DNA from: Zancudomyces culisetae HAW-14-8
Lineage: Eukaryota > Fungi > Kickxellomycota
DNA length: 64,000 bases
Assembly (NCBI GenBank): GCA_052426225.1
Contig: JBNJNM010000011.1
Span: forward strand, 4,712,001 to 4,776,000
Reading direction: 5' to 3'
Of this stretch, positions 12,632 to 25,500 are shown piece after piece. Within the stretch, counting starts at the first letter, position 1. Every line of letters starts with the position of its first letter. The translations under genes were made by a program, and so were the position numbers. Below the pieces are notes generated by a model. It searched no databases. It worked only from the letters and a program-made list of their open reading frames with translations, and was not told where the DNA came from.

Positions 12632-15600
12632 CTAATGAACGTTAAGCGATTGTTGTTTGACTAAGCTGGTATATGTTCCTCCCAATCCTATCAACGATTC
12701 GTGGTTTCCTTGTTCAATTACCTTGCCGTTCTTAAATACGTATATCCAATCCGCGTCCTGAATTGTCGATAATCTGTGTGCCACTGTAACGGTTGTTCTA
12801 CCAACACTAGCCTTATCCAATGCATGTTGAACCACCTTCTCTGATTCCGTATCGAGGGCTGATGTAGCTTCATCCAACAGCAGTATTTTAGGATTTCTAA
12901 TCAATGCTCTTGCTATCGCTATTCTCTGCTTCTGTCCTCCACTCAGCATTGATCCTTTACCTCCAACTCTAGTATTATATCCATCTGGTAAATCCATCAA
13001 CAGGTTATGTATATTTGCAGCCTTGGAAGCTTGCTGAACCTCAAAATCTGTTGCATCGGGTTTACCATACTTGATGTTTTCAGATGCTGAACAATCAAAC
13101 AAAATGGGTTCTTGTGATACCAGTGACGGATGATCACGTAGTTTATCCAAAGGCCAATCTCGTACATCTACTGAATCAACACTAACCGACCCATCCGATA
13201 CATCGTACAGCCGAAGTATTAGATTGATGATGGTTGATTTCCCAGACCCTGAAGAGCCGACCAGAGCAATTGTTTGACCTGGAGCAGCATTCACGTTGAC
13301 ATGCTTGAGAGCTTGAATATCAGGACGAGTGGGATAGGAGAAAGAGACTTCATCAACTTTGATATCACCCTTGAGCTCTGAAGGGAGTATGAACTTGTGC
13401 TCCTCAGGTTCTTTGGCGAATGCAGCAATTTTTGGTTCGGTGCCAAATAAGTCTCTAATGGTTGATGAGCTATTTAAGCCCTTTGGAAAAAATCCCATGA
13501 CGGTGGAAGATTGCCCCAATGCGATAGAGGCAAATGCAATGGCATACATAGCGTTAAACATCTGCTCTGTGGTGATGTGACCCCCGATCACAAATCTTGA
13601 ACCAGCATAAAATATAAGCGAAAAAACCAAATATTGTGCACAGGTTGAAAATGCATAGAATATACCGTTGATATAATGACTTTTGATTGTTGTTTTATAG
13701 GGTAAAGTAGTTTGTTGTACAAAGCTTTCAATAAACGTGTTTTCGCGAGACAGAGAGGTTACTGTCCGGATATTTGTAATTGATTCTGATGCCTCTTGCG
13801 CAATTAACTCCTCAGTTGACTTTGCTTTTTTTACACCACCCATAACACCTTTAGATTGCCGCGCCTGAGCTATGGCCAAAAATGGAACAACAGCAAGAAT
13901 AACAAGGGTGAGCATCCATGACCTCACAAAGGCTATGACTACACCGGCAACTAGTGAACCAAATGCATTTAGTATTACAGGAAACGCATCAGCATTAACC
14001 TTGTATACATCATCGGGCTCAGTTGCCAGTCTTGAAGTAAGCGCACCCGATCCGTTAATCTTTTGGTCAAAGAATTCACTATCCTGATATATAATCTTTG
14101 AAAACATGTCCCGCTTGAGTCTTACACTCATTTTTACCGCACCTTTTCCAAACAAATATGTTCTTAACCCAATTGTAACAAAACTTGCAATTGCGAAAAG
14201 AAAGAAAAGCAGCGCATATAAATTTGTCTGTTTTTTTTGCTCTTCGAGATTCGGATTGCCAAATGCAGACAACATCTTGGAAAATACTATGGAAAATGAA
14301 GGAAACAAGCAGCCACCGATAAACGCTGCTATTGCGGCAGGAATAAATATTAATGTTTGTGATGAATATTTTTTTAGTAACCAAAAAAAATCTCCGAACC
14401 CTCCTCTCTTTTTGGAAAAAACTTTAGCCGATAGCTCCTCAGTATACTCGGTGTCCTCGCTCACCTTATCATCAATTGTGTAAGCCGGTTTTTTACGCTT
14501 TTTCTCAGAAACTTCCTTTACGAAAGTTGCATCGGATGTTTCCCTTAGTGCCTGTGCCTTCACTAATGATGTGTATGCTCCTTCCATTGTTACTAACTCG
14601 GCGTGTGTTCCACTCTCTATGACTTGTCCCTTACCAAACACATATATCATATCTGAATCCTTTATTGTTGACAATCTATGCGCAATTGTAATTGTTGTTC
14701 GATTTAATGTAGATTTATCAAGTGCATCCTGAACTAATTTTTCAGATTCCGTATCTAGTGCTGATGTAGCTTCATCCAACAATAATATTTTAGGATTTCT
14801 TATCAATGCTCTTGCAATTGCTATTCTCTGTTTTTGACCTCCTGATAACAATGCACCTCGTTCTCCGACCAATGTTTCATACTTTTCAGGAAGCGTCATA
14901 ATGAAATCATGTATATTTGCCCCCTTACATGCTTCTTCAACATCTTCTTGTGTTGGTGGATTGTTTTCATAATCTTTTGCTCCCCATTTGATGTTTTGTG
15001 CTATACTTACCCCAAATAGCACTGGTTCTTGGCTCACCAATCCCATGTTTTGGCGTAGACTTCGTACATTATATTTTTTAATATCTTTTCCATCAATCAG
15101 TACATTTCCCTCCAAACAGTCATACAATCTCTGAACCAATGCTATAGTTGTTGATTTTCCACACCCTGACTCCCCTACAAATGCTACTTTCTGGCCTGGC
15201 TTTACTTTAAGACTAACATTATCAAGCACTTTTACTTCATCTCTGGTGGGATAGTTGAACGATACATTTTTGAACTCAATTTCGCCCTGTATATCCTCGG
15301 CAGAATCACCAGATTCAAGATCCGTGGCATCGATTTTGGACTTCTTATCAATAACCTTAAAGACTTCAGGAGCAGCACCTCTTGCTGTTGATATTGCTGA
15401 AATGCTTGGAGCAGCACCACCTAAACTAAAGCTTCCTATCAACAGTGCAAAAAATGCATTGAGTACTTTTGTTGGTGTAGAAACACCATCTCTTATTAGT
15501 TTGGCACCATACCAGAACCCAAGTGCATATGTTGAATAAATAAGAAAAAACAATACACCTATTCCCAGCCCAAACATCATTGCTCTTTTTACGCCTGCTT

Positions 15601-16534
15601 TAAACCCTGTACCAAGTTTGCTCGAATATCGATCAATTTCTCTTTCCTGTGCGTTGAATGCCATGACAGTACGCATACTCGAAAATACTTCAGTTGCTAC
15701 CGCACCAGCCTCCGCAAATGCTTCTTGAACTTTATCCGTCCATTTGCTTACTGATACTCCCATAAACCCCGCAGATGCTACAAGTAAGGGGGATATCGAA
15801 AGCACTACAAGCGCAAGCCTCCAATCTCTGATAAGTGCCAATGCAAACCCACCTAAAAAGGTTGTTATATACTGCAGCACATACCCAGCATTTTCATTTA
15901 TTCCATCTTGAATTAGAGATATATCTGAAGACATTCTTGTCGTTAGACTACCAGACTCAACAGCATCAAACCACTCTATTTCTTGGCTTAGTATTGATTT
16001 GTAATATGCTTCGCGCATTCGTTTTATCTGTTTTGCTGCGGTATTATTCCAACAAAGATAAGATATATATGCTACTATGTAGATGCCGGCGGCTATATAC
16101 ACAAATTGTAGGGATGTTTGATTAACTTTACTACTCAGCGTTTTGTCTGCTGCGCTCTTCCCTTCGACAGATATTAAATAGCTATACGAAATAAATGTGC
16201 CGATAACATTTGAAAATAGTATAGTCATTAAAGGTATCGCAACGCCTATTAGTATAGATCCAATTATACCAATAAGTATTAGAAACCTATCCCACTTTGT
16301 TGCAAACCTATATAGCCTGGTGTATGATACTTGAGTTTTCTTCCCGCTCTTTTTTTTTCTTAGCCTCAAAAATAGTGACTTTTTTGGTGTAGTCTCAAGC
16401 TCATTTGTACCAGTCACGTCAGTTACAGCATTGTCATATATCTTGTTGGCCTCATTTACTGGTACTTCTACACTTTTTTCACTAGTATCATTTTCAGACG
16501 GCAATACACTATTTCTATCTATATTTTCGCTCAT
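12632..16534 (-). CDS. full-length ABCB (MDR1/P-glycoprotein-type) ABC transporter, TMD-NBD-TMD-NBD
   Basis: 1300 aa; Walker A GESGCGKST and GSSGSGKST; two LSGGQKQRIAIARAL...ILLLDEATSALD signatures; AHRLSTI H-loops. Confidence 0.96.
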   Translation of the reverse strand: MSENIDRNSVLPSENDTSEKSVEVPVNEANKIYDNAVTDVTGTNELETTPKKSLFLRLRKKKSGKKTQVSYTRLYRFATKWDRFLILIGIIGSILIGVAIPLMTILFSNVIGTFISYSYLISVEGKSAADKTLSSKVNQTSLQFVYIAAGIYIVAYISYLCWNNTAAKQIKRMREAYYKSILSQEIEWFDAVESGSLTTRMSSDISLIQDGINENAGYVLQYITTFLGGFALALIRDWRLALVVLSISPLLVASAGFMGVSVSKWTDKVQEAFAEAGAVATEVFSSMRTVMAFNAQEREIDRYSSKLGTGFKAGVKRAMMFGLGIGVLFFLIYSTYALGFWYGAKLIRDGVSTPTKVLNAFFALLIGSFSLGGAAPSISAISTARGAAPEVFKVIDKKSKIDATDLESGDSAEDIQGEIEFKNVSFNYPTRDEVKVLDNVSLKVKPGQKVAFVGESGCGKSTTIALVQRLYDCLEGNVLIDGKDIKKYNVRSLRQNMGLVSQEPVLFGVSIAQNIKWGAKDYENNPPTQEDVEEACKGANIHDFIMTLPEKYETLVGERGALLSGGQKQRIAIARALIRNPKILLLDEATSALDTESEKLVQDALDKSTLNRTTITIAHRLSTIKDSDMIYVFGKGQVIESGTHAELVTMEGAYTSLVKAQALRETSDATFVKEVSEKKRKKPAYTIDDKVSEDTEYTEELSAKVFSKKRGGFGDFFWLLKKYSSQTLIFIPAAIAAFIGGCLFPSFSIVFSKMLSAFGNPNLEEQKKQTNLYALLFFLFAIASFVTIGLRTYLFGKGAVKMSVRLKRDMFSKIIYQDSEFFDQKINGSGALTSRLATEPDDVYKVNADAFPVILNAFGSLVAGVVIAFVRSWMLTLVILAVVPFLAIAQARQSKGVMGGVKKAKSTEELIAQEASESITNIRTVTSLSRENTFIESFVQQTTLPYKTTIKSHYINGIFYAFSTCAQYLVFSLIFYAGSRFVIGGHITTEQMFNAMYAIAFASIALGQSSTVMGFFPKGLNSSSTIRDLFGTEPKIAAFAKEPEEHKFILPSELKGDIKVDEVSFSYPTRPDIQALKHVNVNAAPGQTIALVGSSGSGKSTIINLILRLYDVSDGSVSVDSVDVRDWPLDKLRDHPSLVSQEPILFDCSASENIKYGKPDATDFEVQQASKAANIHNLLMDLPDGYNTRVGGKGSMLSGGQKQRIAIARALIRNPKILLLDEATSALDTESEKVVQHALDKASVGRTTVTVAHRLSTIQDADWIYVFKNGKVIEQGNHESLIGLGGTYTSLVKQQSLNVH

Positions 16535-18920
16535 CCTATATCCGTCTGAATATCTTTATTATACTTTTTTGTTACAACCGCAGAATTGAGTGGTTTACTT
16601 TTAAAGAATAAATATCCAGTTATTTTATTGTTCTGTGCCAATGAACCAACTCTTAAATAGCTTCTATATAGTCTTGGCATTATACCAATACTAACTTCTA
16701 CCTCTCTCACCTCTCTCACTTCTCTCTCTCCGCTATACACCGTTTTCATTCCTGTAGTTTATTTTACCATGTGCTCCACATTTACTTACCAATGCGTGTT
16801 TATTAAAGTTAATTTTACTTCACCAAAAACCACTAGCTATTTGCTACACCCCCCTCTCGTGGAATAGTGGATGGTTAAAAAACACACTTTCGAAAATTAT
16901 GACTACCAACATATTTTAAGTGCTCCAGATTAAAACTCTTGTACATCACTGTTGATTTCCCAAATATTATTCAAGTGTAAATGCGCCAAGTTCATTGGTA
17001 AATGAAAGTTTTTTACCATCTTGCTTACAGGTTTGTTTATATTAACTTTATTGTGGTATATTAACACGAGATAAGCCAGATTAGTATTGTTTTTCGGTAA
17101 CATAAAAAATGTATGTTATCCAACCTATATAATTTTTAAGATCAACCGAACAAATCTCCCGAAACGTCGTAGCTTGTATTTTTACTCTCCCTAACACTTG
17201 TTTATTTGTGCATGCTAAATCCAGAATTTTCACTAATATGAGAATCCGTCAATTAACGTCATAAAGAAAAAGCTAAGACGACAACCAGCTGTGTGTAATT
17301 TTATATCTCATTGCTGATTTCTTTTCTTTGGCTAAAATAACATACAGCGATTAGCATCGTTATATTTATTTGTACACACTAGTTATTCTGAATACGATAA
17401 TGCACCTTGTGAAATATTACCTCTTCGCTACTAGTGGATACGTCGTTCTTGTTTATTTTTTCATCATTTCCTTATTTAAACCACACTATTCACTACAGAA
17501 CAAACTAGTTGTTGACATTATGCGTATTTTTTCATTCATCTGCAATCTCCTGAACCTGCATTCGAGACTCTGTTTTTTCCATTATTTGATGGATGTGTCA
17601 TTTGATAATTGTGCGTTTTCCTTCTTCAAATATAGAGAATGCAAGGTAGGTGATTTATGTAGCTAAGCAAAATGACAAATGTGTATCACAAATAAAAGAT
17701 TATCATTAAGAGAATCTATCTATTTGTGTGAAGGGGGGGGGTTGCCTTTATCCTAACAAAGTAAAATTTTTGCTTCTAGTTTAGCTGAGCTGTAGTTTTG
17801 TCTAATATCACATGAATTTGGATGGTAACCCCTGGTCTGCTCAAAGAGAAGCCGCACCTTGGCTTTTACTAGATATATCATTGGTGGTGTTGGTTCCTGT
17901 GTGAATTTTTTCACATAACTTTTTTTTTCATCTTTAACTCGTCCAATACTCATTTATTTTAGATAGCTTGGGTATCAAAGTAGGGTCATTAGTGAAATTT
18001 TTTTGTCAAATACTAGTGCAAAATGTTAAATTACGACCACAATTTCAAAGTCTTAAAGTGTTGCACACATTATAAACCCCAAAAAGAATTCGGCCCAATA
18101 GTACCATAATAAAAAAACAGTTTAAAAGCGTATTTATCCGTAAGCGACAAGGGTAGAGAAAATGGGATGTGTATATTTCACTGATATCTGTATGTACTAC
18201 CACAAATATTGGTGACAGTGTTGTTCAATTGGATGGCTTATCAATATAACCATAAGTAGGAAAATTTATTGTCGAGTGTGTATTTCAGAAATGTCAATTT
18301 AGCAAATTAAGATGGCTAAAAAATGTAAAACTAACGCCCACCACCCATGATTAAACATCTCAAAAGCAATAAAACAAAGGAAAATAGTGCTAATGAATAT
18401 TAAATAGGACACATTGTCATACCACAAAGGTGCTGTGTTTAAAAATGAGTGCATGACCATATATAGTTATGTGAACTTCTGAGGTGTTTTAGAATTAACG
18501 AAATCTTTGGGCAACGTCGTGAAAATATTTGAACTTTTTATTGTAGCGTGTTTTTCTTTTTTGAAGATTGGCTTAACCAATGCAGGCACTGCGATATATT
18601 TACAAAAAATAAGCACTACATTTGAATAATGAAAGTTTTTAATTTTGGCTTTAAAGCCAGGAAAGAATAAGGTGCAAACATGTAAGAATATGTATGTGGA
18701 AGGAGTACATCAAAAATAATCAAAGCATACTAAGTAGATATCAGATTATCCTGTAGCCAGCCACAAATCAAAAATCACATATCTGTGGTCAGAGTACGTT
18801 TTGGACTAAGTGGATAAAATTGAAGATATTATTTGATTTGTCACTAATTGCCGGAAACGACAGATGCTTCTCATAAATTATCCGATAACATCTATTAACT
18901 ACTTTTAATTTAGCGTAAAT

Positions 18921-18960
18921 CAAAACCAATGTTGCTAATTCAAAACCAATGTTGCTAATT
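18921..18960. repeat. 20-bp perfect tandem duplication
   Basis: CAAAACCAATGTTGCTAATT occurs twice in tandem. Confidence 0.85.
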
Positions 18961-19535
18961 TTCTCTATCATTTAAATAAAAGATCTGTAATATAATATAA
19001 AAACATGAGTTTTCATATTCGGATGAATTTCCAGTACTTAGTCTTTGTTTTTCGTGTATTTCAAGCTATCTACTATCTTCTCTTATTAATCATCTGGTTA
19101 TTTTCGTGTAGAATATCTACGCACCCTTTGTGCTGAGAAAACAGCTGGAGCAAATAATTCGAAGGATTATGCAATTTCGAATTCAATATGGTACTTTCAC
19201 AAAAACAAAAAAAAATCACTGTAAATGGTAAATCCACTTTATTAGTGGTATATAACCATCCCGTGCAGTATTTTTTCGATATATGATATAGATTTAGCAC
19301 CAATTTCAAAATTTTGGAGTCAATAATTTTTCTCCTAATGGCACTAATGATGTGTATAGAGATGTAAAGCAAAAAGTAGACAGTATACTCGGTTATACAA
19401 TAACTTTATTCAACTATTTAAGCTCAAAGAAAGTATCTAGATAAAAAGTATCCACATCATAAATTATAAAAAAACAATCAGAAACTAATTTATTAACAGA
19501 GTGATTTGGAATATACTTAAAAAGCAATATTAGAG

Positions 19536-22500
19536 ATGAAGTTCCGTATATCACCCGTATTGGCATATATGCTATACTCGGTGCTGTCTACACCAATGTT
19601 TGTTGCTCAAGATACAAACCCAATATGTCAAACATCAATTGACTCCATTACTATCCCGGAAGTGGCGGAAAGTAGTGGAGCTGTGACGTATGATTGGGGT
19701 AATTCTATTGAAGTTAGATGTCAAGGCCAAGAATATACAGTAATATTTGAGGTCGAAGCATTCGCCGATGTGAATTTTGTTATTAGCACAACCCAGTCAA
19801 TATTTAATGATGGGGAGGTGGTTGAAGGATTGTTTGGATTAAGCTCAGGTGTTTGGTCTATTGGTTCAGCTTCATATGTTTCCGAAGATAGTTTTATTCA
19901 AGTAATATCAGCCACAACGCAACTAATATTGCGCGTGGATAGCAATACAATTGGAATAGGGTATAACGATGGCAATCCATTGAAAGGTGTAATAAACACT
20001 GATGAGTATCTTACTAGCGATTTTCTAGATGCTCAGCGCTTTTACTTTGCGTTCGGGACAGCAAACCAAGAAGTAAAGATAACAAGCGTACAGTACACGT
20101 GTAATGACCCAGAGATGTGTGAAGCCAGTACTACATCAACAGAAGAATCAACCACTGAGGAGACCACTACTGAGGAGACCACAACTGAAGAAACAACCAC
20201 AGAAGAAACAACAACTGAGGAGACCACTACTGAGGAGACCACTACTGAAGAAACCACTACTGAAGAAACAACTACTGAAGAAACAACCACAGAAGAGACC
20301 ACAACAGAAGAGACCACAACTGAGGAGACAACCACAGAAGAGGTAACTACTGAGGAGACAACTACTGAAGTAACAACTACTGAAGAAACAACCACAGAAG
20401 AGACCACAACAGAAGAGACCACAACTGAGGAGACCACAACAGAAGAAACCACTACTGAGGAGACCACTACTGAGGAGACAACTACTGAAGAAACAACCAC
20501 AGAAGTAACAACTACTGAAGAAACAACCACAGAAGAAACAACTACTGAGGAGACCACAACTGAGGAGACAACCACAGAAGAAACCACTACTGAGGAGACC
20601 ACAACTGAAGAAACCACTACTGAAGAGACCACAACAGAAGAAACCACAACTGAGGAGACCACAACAGAAGAAACCACTACTGAAGAGACCACAACAGAAG
20701 AAACCACAACTGAGGAGACCACAACTGAGGAGACAACTACTGAGGAGACCACAACTGAAGAAACCACTACTGAAGAAACAACTACTGAAGAAACAACTAC
20801 TGAGGAGACCACAACTGAGGAGACAACCACAGAAGAAACAACTACTGAGGAGACCACAACTGAAGAAACAACCACAGAAGAAACAACCACAGAAGTAACA
20901 ACTACTGAGGAGACCACAACAGAAGAAACCACAACTGAGGAGACCACAACTGAGGAGACCACAACTGAAGAAACCACTACTGAAGAAACAACTACTGAAG
21001 AAACAACCACAGAAGAGACCACAACAGAAGAGACCACAACTGAGGAGACAACCACAGAAGAGGTAACTACTGAGGAGACAACTACTGAGGAGACAACTAC
21101 TGAAGAAACAACCACAGAAGTAACAACTACTGAAGAAACAACCACAGAAGAAACAACTACTGAGGAGACCACAACTGAGGAGACAACCACAGAAGAAACC
21201 ACTACTGAGGAGACCACAACTGAAGAAACCACTACTGAAGAGACCACTACTGAAGAAACAACCACAGAAGAAACAACCACAGAAGTAACAACTACTGAGG
21301 AGACCACAACAGAAGAAACCACAACTGAGGAGACCACAACTGAGGAGACAACTACTGAGGAGACCACAACTGAAGAAACCACTACTGAAGAAACAACTAC
21401 TGAAGAAACAACCACAGAAGAGACCACAACAGAAGAGACCACAACTGAGGAGACAACCACAGAAGAGGTAACTACTGAGGAGACAACTACTGAGGAGACA
21501 ACTACTGAAGAAACAACCACAGAAGTAACAACTACTGAAGAAACAACCACAGAAGAAACAACTACTGAGGAGACCACAACTGAGGAGACAACCACAGAAG
21601 AAACCACTACTGAGGAGACCACAACTGAAGAAACCACTACTGAAGAAACAACCACAGAAGAAACAACCACAGAAGTAACAACTACTGAGGAGACCACAAC
21701 AGAAGAAACCACAACTGAGGAGACCACAACTGAGGAGACAACTACTGAGGAGACCACAACTGAAGAAACCACTACTGAAGAAACAACTACTGAAGAAACA
21801 ACTACTGAAGAAACAACTACTGAGGAGACCACAACTGAGGAGACAACTACTGAGGAGACCACAACTGAAGAAACAACCACAGAAGTAACAACTACTGAAG
21901 AAACAACCACAGAAGAAACCACTACTGAAGAGACCACTACTGAAGAAACAACCACAGAAGAAACAACCACAGAAGTAACAACTACTGAAGAGACCACAAC
22001 TGAGGAGACCACAACAGAAGAAACCACTACTGAGGAGACAACTACTGAAGAGACCACAACAGAAGAAACCACAACTGAGGAGACCACTACTGAAGAAACA
22101 ACCACAGAAGAAACCACTACTGAAGAAACAACCACAGAAGAAACCACTACTGAAGAAACAACCACAGAAGAGACAACTACTGAAGAAACAACTACTGAGG
22201 AGACCACTACTGAGGAGACCACAACTGAAGAAACAACTACTGAGGAGACCACAACTGAAGAAACAACCACAGAAGAAACCACTACTGAGGAGACCACAAC
22301 TGAAGAAACAACCACAGAAGAAACCACTACTGAAGAAACAACCACAGAAGAGACCACAACTGAGGAGACAACCACAGAAGAAACAACCACAGAAGAGACC
22401 ACAACTGAGGAGACCACAACAGAAGAAACCACAACTGAGGAGACCACTACTGAAGAAACAACCACAGAAGAAACCACTACTGAAGAAACAACCACAGAAG

Positions 22501-25500
22501 AAACCACTACTGAAGAAACAACCACAGAAGAGACAACTACTGAAGAAACAACTACTGAGGAGACCACTACTGAGGAGACCACAACTGAAGAAACAACTAC
22601 TGAGGAGACCACAACTGAAGAAACAACCACAGAAGAAACCACTACTGAGGAGACCACAACTGAAGAAACAACCACAGAAGAAACCACTACTGAAGAGACC
22701 ACAACAGAAGAAACCACAACTGAGGAGACAACCACAGAAGAGACAACCACTGAGGAGACAACCACAGAAGAGACAACCACTGAGGAGACCACTACTGAGG
22801 AGACCACAACTGAAGAAACCACTACTGAGGAGACCACAACTGAAGAAACAACCACAGAAGAAACCACAACTGAGGAGACCACTACTGAAGAAACAACCAC
22901 AGAAGAAACCACTACTGAGGAGACAACCACAGAAGTAACAACTACTGAAGAAACAACCACAGAAGAAACCACTACTGAAGAGACCACTACAGAAGAAACA
23001 ACCACAGAAGAAACAACCACAGAAGAAACAACCACAGAAGAGACCACAACAGAAGAAACCACAACTGAGGAGACAACCACAGAAGAGACCACAACTGAGG
23101 AGACCACAACTGAAGAAACAACTACTGAGGAGACCACAACTGAAGAAACAACCACAGAAGAGACCACAACTGAAGAAACAACCACAGAAGAGACCACAAC
23201 TGAGGAGACAACCACAGAAGTAACAACTACTGAAGAAACAACTACTGAGGAGACCACTACTGAAGAGGTAACTACTGAGGAGACCACTACTGAGGAAACC
23301 ACTACTGAAGAGACCACTACTGAGGAGACCACAACTGAAGAAACAACCACAGAAGAGACCACAACTGAAGAAACAACCACAGAAGAAACCACTACTGAAG
23401 AAACAACCACAGAAGAGACCACAACAGAAGAAACCACAACTGAGGAGACAACCACAGAAGAGACAACCACTGAGGAGACCACTACTGAGGAGACCACAAC
23501 TGAAGAAACAACTACTGAGGAGACCACAACTGAAGAAACAACCACAGAAGAAACCACTACTGAGGAGACCACAACTGAAGAAACAACCACAGAAGAAACC
23601 ACTACTGAGGAGACAACCACAGAAGTAACAACTACTGAAGAAACAACCACAGAAGAAACCACTACTGAAGAGACCACTACAGAAGAAACAACCACAGAAG
23701 AAACAACCACAGAAGAAACAACCACAGAAGAGACCACAACAGAAGAAACCACAACTGAGGAGACAACCACAGAAGAGACCACAACTGAGGAGACCACAAC
23801 TGAAGAAACAACTACTGAGGAGACCACAACTGAAGAAACAACCACAGAAGAGACCACAACTGAAGAAACAACCACAGAAGAGACCACAACTGAGGAGACA
23901 ACCACAGAAGTAACAACTACTGAAGAAACAACTACTGAGGAGACCACTACTGAAGAGGTAACTACTGAGGAGACCACTACTGAGGAAACCACTACTGAAG
24001 AGACCACTACTGAGGAGACCACAACTGAAGAAACAACCACAGAAGAGACCACAACTGAAGAAACAACCACAGAAGAAACCACTACTGAAGAAACAACCAC
24101 AGAAGAAACCACAACAGAAGAAACCACAACTGAGGAGACAACCACAGAAGAGACAACCACTGAGGAGACCACTACTGAGGAGACCACAACTGAAGAAACA
24201 ACTACTGAGGAGACCACAACTGAAGAAACAACCACAGAAGAAACCACTACTGAGGAGACCACAACAGAAGAAACCACAACTGAGGAGACCACAACAGAAG
24301 AAACCACAACTGAGGAGACCACAACAGAAGAAACCACAACTGAGGAGACCACAACTGAGGAGACAACTACTGAGGAGACCACAACTGAAGAAACCACAAC
24401 TGAGGAGACCACAACTGAAGAAACAACCACAGAAGAGACCACTACTGAGGAGACAACCACAGAAGAAACAACTACTGAGGAGACCACAACTGAAGAAACA
24501 ACTACTGAGGAAACCACTACTGAAGAAACCACTACTGAAGTAACAACCACAGAAGAAACAACCACAGAAGAAACAACCACAGAAGAAACAACCACAGAAG
24601 AGACCACAACTGAGGAGACAACCACAGAAGAGACCACAACAGAAGAAACCACAACTGAAGAAACAACCACAGAAGAGACCACAACTGAAGAAACCACTAC
24701 TGAGGAGACAACCACAGAAGTAACAACTACTGAGGAGACCACTACTGAGGAGACAACCACAGAAGAAACAACTACTGAGGAGACCACAACTGAAGAAACC
24801 ACAACTGAAGTAACAACCACAGAAGAGACAACCACTGAAGAAACAACTACTGAGGAGACCACTACTGAGGAGACAACCACAGAAGAAACCACAACTGAAG
24901 AGACAACCACAGAAGAGACCACAACAGAAGAAACCACAACTGAAGAAACAACCACAGAAGAGACCACAACTGAAGAAACCACTACTGAGGAGACAACTAC
25001 TGAAGAGGTAACTACTGAAGAAACAACCACAGAAGAGACAACTACTGAAGTAACAACTACTGAAGAAACAACAACATCTACTAGCTCTACATGTGACTCC
25101 GTTTTTACTTATCCTGCTATTTCTGCAGATTCCTCAGCCAAAAATAAAAATTACGACTTTAGCAAAGAAATACTAGTTCCATGCGATACCCAAGACTTTG
25201 AATTAACCGCTACTGTGTCAAGTACTTCAGATTTGTTTATAGCATATATGGATAATCTCGGCTATTACTCACCAAATGGTGTTGTTGAAGCTCAATTTGG
25301 GTTATATTCCGGAATCTACTCCGTCAAGAAAACTAAGTATATTTTTGTGAAACGATCCCACCTTATCACCAGAGATACCCCCCAGTCAGTGAAAGTCACC
25401 TACCATAATTCAGTAATGCAAACGTATGTTGATGGCAATCTAAGATCAAGGTTTACTGTTTTGAAGTTCAATATTTCAAAGATGGCAGTAGCTTCGTTTA

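Noticed and set aside
12860-14850. High nucleotide similarity between the two NBD signature regions of the ABCB gene
   Set aside because: Expected conservation of the internally duplicated NBDs; synonymous differences are present.
20042-25030. 1662-aa antisense ORF of (VVVSS)n
   Set aside because: It is the automatic consequence of the GAR/ACN repeat, whose complement in that frame gives only GTN/TCN/ACN codons and no stops. It has no unique domain.
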